DNA of 64,000 bases from an uncultured Actinomycetota bacterium (GTDB taxonomy: Bacteria > Actinomycetota > Actinomycetes > JAHEKZ01): positions 862,683-926,682 of the forward strand of contig CAVURN010000001.1 in the NCBI GenBank assembly GCA_963743915.1, in the 5' to 3' direction. Below, in pieces: positions 58,931 to 64,000 of this stretch. The notes beneath the pieces are model-generated. The model ran no database searches. It was not told the DNA's origin and worked only from the letters and a program-made list of their open reading frames with translations. The translations under genes and the position numbers were made by a program. Each line of letters opens with the position of its first letter. Position 1 is the stretch's first letter.

Positions 58931-59608
58931 GTGTCCCTGTTACGTCGCAAGCAGCAGACGCCCGAGGAGCAGGCTTTCCAGCATGCCCTCGGCGAACCGT
59001 TCGACCGCGAGGAGGACGCCGCCGCCGACGACGACCCGGAGAGCGGAGGGGACGTCGTCGCCCGCGCCGACACCCACGACGACGGGCGACTGAGGCTCGA
59101 CTTCGGCGCGCTGCAGGTCCCGGCCGTGGACGGCATGCAGGTGCGGGCCGACCTCGACGATGAGCAGGTCGTGGCGGTGAGCGTCATGATCGATGGCACG
59201 GTCCTGCAGCTGCAGGCCTTCGCCGCACCCCGGTCCGAGGCGGTGTGGGACGAGGTGCGCCAGGACATCGCTGAGGGGATCCGGGGCAACCAGGGTAAGG
59301 CCAGGGAGGCCGAAGGACCGTTCGGACGCGAGCTGCACGCCGAGATCCCGGTGATCGACCCGGCCGGTGCCACCGTGCTGCAGCCGGCACGTTTCGTCGG
59401 GATTGACGGTGACCGCTGGTTCCTGCGCGGCGTCGTCACTGGACCCGGCGCGACCGATCCGGCGCGCGCGGCAGCGGTCGAGGAGATCTTCGCCGACGTG
59501 GTGGTGGTCCGGGGGTCTCACGCGGCGCCGCCCCGTGACCCGCTCCCGCTGCGCCTGCCGCCCGACGCGCAGCCGTCGGACGCTCCGCCCTCCGACGGTG
59601 CCGAGTAG
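58931..59608 (+). CDS. DUF3710 family protein
   Basis: LDFGAL, LQAFAAPRS..VWDEVR, GPFGREL, RFVGIDGDRWFLR. Confidence 0.88.
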   Translation: MSLLRRKQQTPEEQAFQHALGEPFDREEDAAADDDPESGGDVVARADTHDDGRLRLDFGALQVPAVDGMQVRADLDDEQVVAVSVMIDGTVLQLQAFAAPRSEAVWDEVRQDIAEGIRGNQGKAREAEGPFGRELHAEIPVIDPAGATVLQPARFVGIDGDRWFLRGVVTGPGATDPARAAAVEEIFADVVVVRGSHAAPPRDPLPLRLPPDAQPSDAPPSDGAE

Positions 59609-59617
59609 CCTGGAGCA

Positions 59618-60046
59618 GTGAGGACAGCCGCGGACTCTGACGGTGCTTCCGCACCTCGTGGCGCCACCCCTCGTCCGGCGTCCGCAGGCTGGTGGGCGCG
59701 CATGGTCGAACGGCTTGCCCCCAGTGCGCAGACGCTGGAGGCGGATGAGCTGATCAGCGCGTCCGCGACCCTGGGCTGCACCACCATCGCGCGTGCGCCG
59801 CTGGCCGTGCCCGTGCGCGTGGCCGGGACCATCCGAACGCTCACCTTGCGTTCGCGCGCCCAGGTTCCCGCGCTCGAGGTCGACCTCTATGACGGAAGCG
59901 ACACCCTCACCCTGGTCTTCCTGGGACGCCGGGCGATCCGCGGGATCACGCCCGGTCGACGTCTGGTCGCGCGCGGCCGGGTGACCCGCCGCGGCTCCAG
60001 CCTGGTGATGTACAACCCCACCTACGAGCTGCTGCCGGCCGCATGA
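59618..60046 (+). CDS. OB-fold nucleic-acid-binding protein
   Basis: LEVDLYDGS, FLGRRAIRGITPG, MYNPTYEL; conserved after DUF3710. Confidence 0.82.
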   Translation: MRTAADSDGASAPRGATPRPASAGWWARMVERLAPSAQTLEADELISASATLGCTTIARAPLAVPVRVAGTIRTLTLRSRAQVPALEVDLYDGSDTLTLVFLGRRAIRGITPGRRLVARGRVTRRGSSLVMYNPTYELLPAA

Positions 60047-60756
60047 GCGGCCCGCACGCCTCCGCGTCAGACGACGCGGAGCACCCGGACGAACCGGCGC
60101 AACCGCCCAGGCCCTCCGCGTCCATCGCCGGGGTCGACATCGCCGCGGCCATCGGCGGGCGCCGCGGTCTGGTCGACAGCGGGCTGCCCAGCCTCGTGTT
60201 CGTGGGGGTCTACACCCTGGGTGGTCAGGAGCTCCAGCCCGCGGTCATCGCCGCACTCGTCGTCGCAGCAGTGCTGACGGCCTGGCGTCTGGTGCGACGT
60301 CAGCCCCTGACGCAGGCGTTCGCAGGCTTCGCCGGCGTGGCGATCGCCTCCTTCATCGCGTCCCGCACCGGGGAGGCGCGCAACTACTTCGTCACCGGGC
60401 TGCTCACCAACGGCGGGTACCTGTTGGCGTGCCTGGTGTCCATCGCCGTGCGCTGGCCGTTGGTCGGGGTCGTGCTGGGGCCGCTCCTGGGCGAGGGGAT
60501 GACCTGGCGTCGGCATCGCGAGCGGTTCGTCGTGTACCAGCGGATGACCTGGGTGTTCGCCGGGCTGTTCGCGATCCGGCTGGCGGTCCAGGGCTACCTC
60601 TACTGGCAGGACGACGTGCTCTGGCTGGGCATCGCCCGGTTCGCGATGGGGCTGCCGCTCTACCTCGGGGCGGTCGGGCTGGCCTACTGGATGATCCGCC
60701 GGGCGCCGCCCCCGCACGGGGACCGCGGCGCGGCCGAGGCGACCGACGAGCCCTAG
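60043..60756 (+). CDS. DUF3159 family membrane protein
   Basis: IGGRRGLVDSGLP, RTGEARNYF, VRWPLVGV, MGLPL. Confidence 0.88.
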   Translation: MSGPHASASDDAEHPDEPAQPPRPSASIAGVDIAAAIGGRRGLVDSGLPSLVFVGVYTLGGQELQPAVIAALVVAAVLTAWRLVRRQPLTQAFAGFAGVAIASFIASRTGEARNYFVTGLLTNGGYLLACLVSIAVRWPLVGVVLGPLLGEGMTWRRHRERFVVYQRMTWVFAGLFAIRLAVQGYLYWQDDVLWLGIARFAMGLPLYLGAVGLAYWMIRRAPPPHGDRGAAEATDEP

Positions 60757-61427
60757 TCGCGCGGTGTGTGGTCGTGCGGGCTGAAGACCTGCTGCACCTT
60801 CGACTCGGAGTCGTCGGAGGTGACGAAGAGGAGCTCGTCCCCTGCCTCGAGCGGGTCGTCGGGACTCGGGGTGATGACCTTGCGGTCGCGGACGATCGTC
60901 ACCAGCGTGGTGTCCGGTGGCATCACCACGTCCCCGACTCGGACCCCGACCACGGGGGACCCTTCGGGCAGCGTCAGCTCGACGAGGTTGGCGTCGCCCT
61001 GCTCGAACTCCATCAGGCGCACGACGTCACCGACGCTGACGGCCTCCTCGACCAGCGCCGACAGCAGCCGAGGTGTCGAGACCGCGACGTCCACGCCCCA
61101 GCCCTCGTTGAACAGCCACTCGTTCTTCGGGTGGTTCACCCTGGCCACGACCCGCGGGACGCCGTACTCGGTCTTGGCGAGCAGTGAGATGACCAGGTTC
61201 ACCTTGTCGTCGCCGGTGGCGGCGATGACGACCTGACACGCCTGCAGGTCAGCCTCGTCGAGCGCGGAGATCTCGCAAGCGTCGGCCTGCAGCCAGCGCG
61301 CCGCTGCGAGGTCGCTCCGATAGGTGGTGACCTCGGGGTCGATGAGAAGCACCTCGTGGTCGTTGCCGAGCAGCTCGGCGGCGATGGAGCGCCCCACCTT
61401 GCCCGCTCCGGCGATGGCAACCCTCAT
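60753..61427 (-). CDS. trkA: TrkA-family potassium uptake regulatory protein
   Basis: IAGAGKVG, ATGDDKVNL, ARVNHPKN, TrkA-C domain. Confidence 0.92.
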   Translation of the reverse strand: MRVAIAGAGKVGRSIAAELLGNDHEVLLIDPEVTTYRSDLAAARWLQADACEISALDEADLQACQVVIAATGDDKVNLVISLLAKTEYGVPRVVARVNHPKNEWLFNEGWGVDVAVSTPRLLSALVEEAVSVGDVVRLMEFEQGDANLVELTLPEGSPVVGVRVGDVVMPPDTTLVTIVRDRKVITPSPDDPLEAGDELLFVTSDDSESKVQQVFSPHDHTPRD

Positions 61428-62089
61428 CAGGAGCCCTCCGGTCCCCGGCTGACGGCTGCGGTCGCGCGGTCGAGATCAGCCGATTCGAGAAGGGTGTGGA
61501 CGATGTCCCCCTCCTGCACCACCGAGCTGACGGTCGTGAGCTGTCCCTGGCCGAACCGGGTGATGTAGCCGACCTTGACGCCGCACTCGGTCTCGAGCTG
61601 GGTGTACGTGCGTCCGATCCACGAGGGCGCGACGGGCAGCTCGGCCAGCATGACCTGGCCGCTGGGGTCGCGGTAGTCCTCGTGGACCCCACCGGGGAGC
61701 AGACGTCGCAGGATGCGGTCGGCGGTCCACCGGACGGTCGCGACCGTGGGAATGCCGAGCCGCTGGTAGATCTCGGCACGACGGGGGTCGTAGATGCGCG
61801 CCACGACGGTGTCGACGCCGAAGCTCTCCCGGGCGACGCGGGCGGAGACGATGTTGGAGTTGTCACCACTGCTGACGGCGACGAAGGCGTCGGTGTGCTC
61901 GACACCGGCCTCGAGCAGCGTGTCCCAGTCGAAGCCCACCCCTGTCACGGTGGAGCCACGGAATGAGGTTCCGAGGCGCCGGAAGGAGTCCGGCTCCTGA
62001 TCGACGACCACGACTTCGTGGCCGGCGTCGTCGAGCTCGATCGCCACCATCGACCCGACACGGCCGCACCCCATGATCACCACATGCAC
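61427..62089 (-). CDS. trkA: TrkA-family potassium uptake regulatory protein
   Basis: IMGCGRVG, SSGDNSNI, ARIYDPRRAEIYQRLGI. Confidence 0.92.
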   Translation of the reverse strand: MHVVIMGCGRVGSMVAIELDDAGHEVVVVDQEPDSFRRLGTSFRGSTVTGVGFDWDTLLEAGVEHTDAFVAVSSGDNSNIVSARVARESFGVDTVVARIYDPRRAEIYQRLGIPTVATVRWTADRILRRLLPGGVHEDYRDPSGQVMLAELPVAPSWIGRTYTQLETECGVKVGYITRFGQGQLTTVSSVVQEGDIVHTLLESADLDRATAAVSRGPEGS

Positions 62090-62145
62090 GGACCCACGGT
62101 AGCGGTCCCGGCGGGGCGGACGCGGTGGGCGTAGCATCAGCGCCC

Positions 62146-64000
62146 GTGGCCTCCCTCACGTCGCTGTTCAAGCGCGCGCTCGTGGGGCGCCCCCAGTCGA
62201 GTGCGAAGCTGAGCGAGACGCTGCTGCCGAAGCGCATCGCGCTGCCGGTCTTCGCCAGTGACGCACTCTCGTCGAACGCGTACGCCACACAGGAGATCCT
62301 GCTCGTCTTGTCGCTCGGGGGCCTGGCCTACATCCACTTTGCGCCGTGGGTGGCGGCAGGGGTGGTGCTCGTCTTCTTCGTCGTGGTCGCGTCGTACCGG
62401 CAGAACGTGCACGCCTACCCGTCCGGTGGCGGCGACTACGAGAACGTCAGCGTCAACCTCGGTGCCAACGCTGGCGTCGTGGTGGCCAGCGCCCTTCTCG
62501 TCGACTACGTCATGACGGTGGCTGTCTCCATCGCGGCGGCCGTCGACAACATCGCATCGGCGTTCGAACCCGTCGAGCAGCACGTCGTCCTGATCGCGGT
62601 GGTGCTCATCGGCGTCATCACGTTCCTGAACCTGCGCGGCGTCCGCGAGTCAGGGACGGCCTTCGCGATCCCCACGTACTTCTTCATGGCGTCGATCTTC
62701 CTGATGGTGGGCTGGGCGGTCATACGCCTCGCCTCAGGCGCGGAGCTTCAGGCCGAGAGCGCCGACTGGCAGGTCGTCGCTGAGGGCAGCTTCAGCGGGC
62801 TCGCCCTCGCCTACCTGGTTGCCCGCTCTTTCACCTCCGGGACCACTGCGCTGACCGGTGTCGAGGCGATCAGCAACGGCGTCCCGGCGTTCAAGCAGCC
62901 CAAGTCGAGGAATGCCGCCACGACGCTGCTCCTGCTCGGCGTCATCTCGATGACGATGTTCGCGTCCATCACGTGGCTCGCGCTCGAGACCGATGTGCGC
63001 GTCGCCGAGAACAGCGAAGACCTCATCGGAATGCCGGAGGGCGCGACGCAGAAGACGGTGATCGCGCAGGTGGCCAACGCTGTCTTCAGCAATGCTCCCG
63101 TGTTGGCCCTGATCGTCTCGTCCGCCACCGCCCTGATCCTTGTGCTCGCGGCAAACACCGCGTTCAACGGGTTCCCGGTCCTGGGGTCGATCCTGGCGCG
63201 TGACGGCTACCTGCCGCGGCAGCTGCACACGCGCGGTGATCGACTCGCGTTCAGCAACGGCATCATCGCGCTCGCTGGTGCGGCGATCGTGCTGGTGATC
63301 GTCTTCGACGCCGACGTCTCCAAGCTGATCCAGCTCTACATCGTCGGGGTCTTCGTGTCGTTCACCATGAGTCAGATCGGCATGGTGAGGCATTGGAACC
63401 GCTTCCTGTCAGTCGAGCGAGACCCGGCCATCCGCGCGCGAATGCGCCGCTCCCGGGTCGTCAACTTCGTGGGCTTCGTGCTCACGGGGTCCGTTCTCAT
63501 CGTCGTGGTGCTCACGAAGTTCACTCGTGGTGCCTACCTCGCGGTGATCGCGATGGTGGTGCTCTTCGCCATCATGAAGGCGATCCAGCGGCACTACGCG
63601 AATGTCGCGGTCGAGCTCGCCGCCGACACCAGCGAGCAGATGCTGCCGTCCCGCATCCACGCCGTCGTCCTCGTCTCCAAGCTGCACAAGCCGGCGCTCC
63701 GCGCGCTTGCCTACGCACGGGCATCGAGACCGGCGACCCTCGAGGCCGTGACGGTCGGTGTCGACCCGGAGGAGACGGAGGCGCTGCTCGCGGACTGGGA
63801 GAGGCGAAACGTCCCTGTGCCGCTTCGGGTGCTCGACTCGCCCTACCGCGAGATCACCCGCCCCGTTGTGGACTACGTCAAGGCGAAGCGGCGTGACAGC
63901 CCCCGCGACATCGTCGACGTGTACGTGCCCGAGTACGTGGTGGGTCGCTGGTGGGAGGCGCTGCTGCACAACCAGAGCGCCCTGCGACTGAAGACGCGAC
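62146..64000 (+). CDS. APC-family permease (KimA/YdaO-like), 3' partial; absent from the ORF track because it runs off the window
   Basis: My translation from GTG 62146: FKRALVGRP...LPKRIALPVFASDALSSNAYA...AYPSGGG...NLRGVRESG...ALTGVEAISNGVP...LAANTAFNGFP...SPYRE...LLHNQ. Confidence 0.9.
   Translation, partial: MASLTSLFKRALVGRPQSSAKLSETLLPKRIALPVFASDALSSNAYATQEILLVLSLGGLAYIHFAPWVAAGVVLVFFVVVASYRQNVHAYPSGGGDYENVSVNLGANAGVVVASALLVDYVMTVAVSIAAAVDNIASAFEPVEQHVVLIAVVLIGVITFLNLRGVRESGTAFAIPTYFFMASIFLMVGWAVIRLASGAELQAESADWQVVAEGSFSGLALAYLVARSFTSGTTALTGVEAISNGVPAFKQPKSRNAATTLLLLGVISMTMFASITWLALETDVRVAENSEDLIGMPEGATQKTVIAQVANAVFSNAPVLALIVSSATALILVLAANTAFNGFPVLGSILARDGYLPRQLHTRGDRLAFSNGIIALAGAAIVLVIVFDADVSKLIQLYIVGVFVSFTMSQIGMVRHWNRFLSVERDPAIRARMRRSRVVNFVGFVLTGSVLIVVVLTKFTRGAYLAVIAMVVLFAIMKAIQRHYANVAVELAADTSEQMLPSRIHAVVLVSKLHKPALRALAYARASRPATLEAVTVGVDPEETEALLADWERRNVPVPLRVLDSPYREITRPVVDYVKAKRRDSPRDIVDVYVPEYVVGRWWEALLHNQSALRLKTR

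Noticed and set aside
62090-62145. c-di-AMP (ydaO) riboswitch upstream of the KimA-like permease
   Set aside because: The intergenic gap is only 56 bp and the gene looks leaderless.

Overview
High-GC actinobacterial chromosomal window. It carries the conserved backbone DUF4192 - principal sigma factor sigA/hrdB ... DUF7455 - parE ... parC - Pat-type acetyltransferase - DUF5998 - sepH - hemH - suhB - DUF4193 - DUF3093 - thioesterase - dut - DUF3710 - OB-fold - DUF3159 - trkA/trkA - KimA-like APC permease. About 31 kb of accessory genes lie between sigA and parE, including a GlnA4/Puu-type gamma-glutamylation amine-catabolism cluster, ftcD, a BBOX-like dioxygenase, an S9 peptidase and a peroxiredoxin. 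Roughly 16 frameshifts in the first 40 kb (one inside the essential sigA) look like long-read indel errors. The most notable element is a ~3.6 kb integrase-less island (8872-12508). It is bounded by a perfect 22-bp direct repeat of the 3' end of sigA. It carries a truncated McrA-like HNH nuclease, a perfect 29-bp palindrome, a PAS-GGDEF-GGDEF tandem diguanylate cyclase and, directly downstream, two intact plus one degenerate paralogous small Cys/His-rich ORFs. These share a CP[VI]HC...C-x22-CxxH...TCxC pattern that I do not recognise. I saw no rRNA, tRNA or CRISPR array. All calls are from manual motif reading, not database searches.
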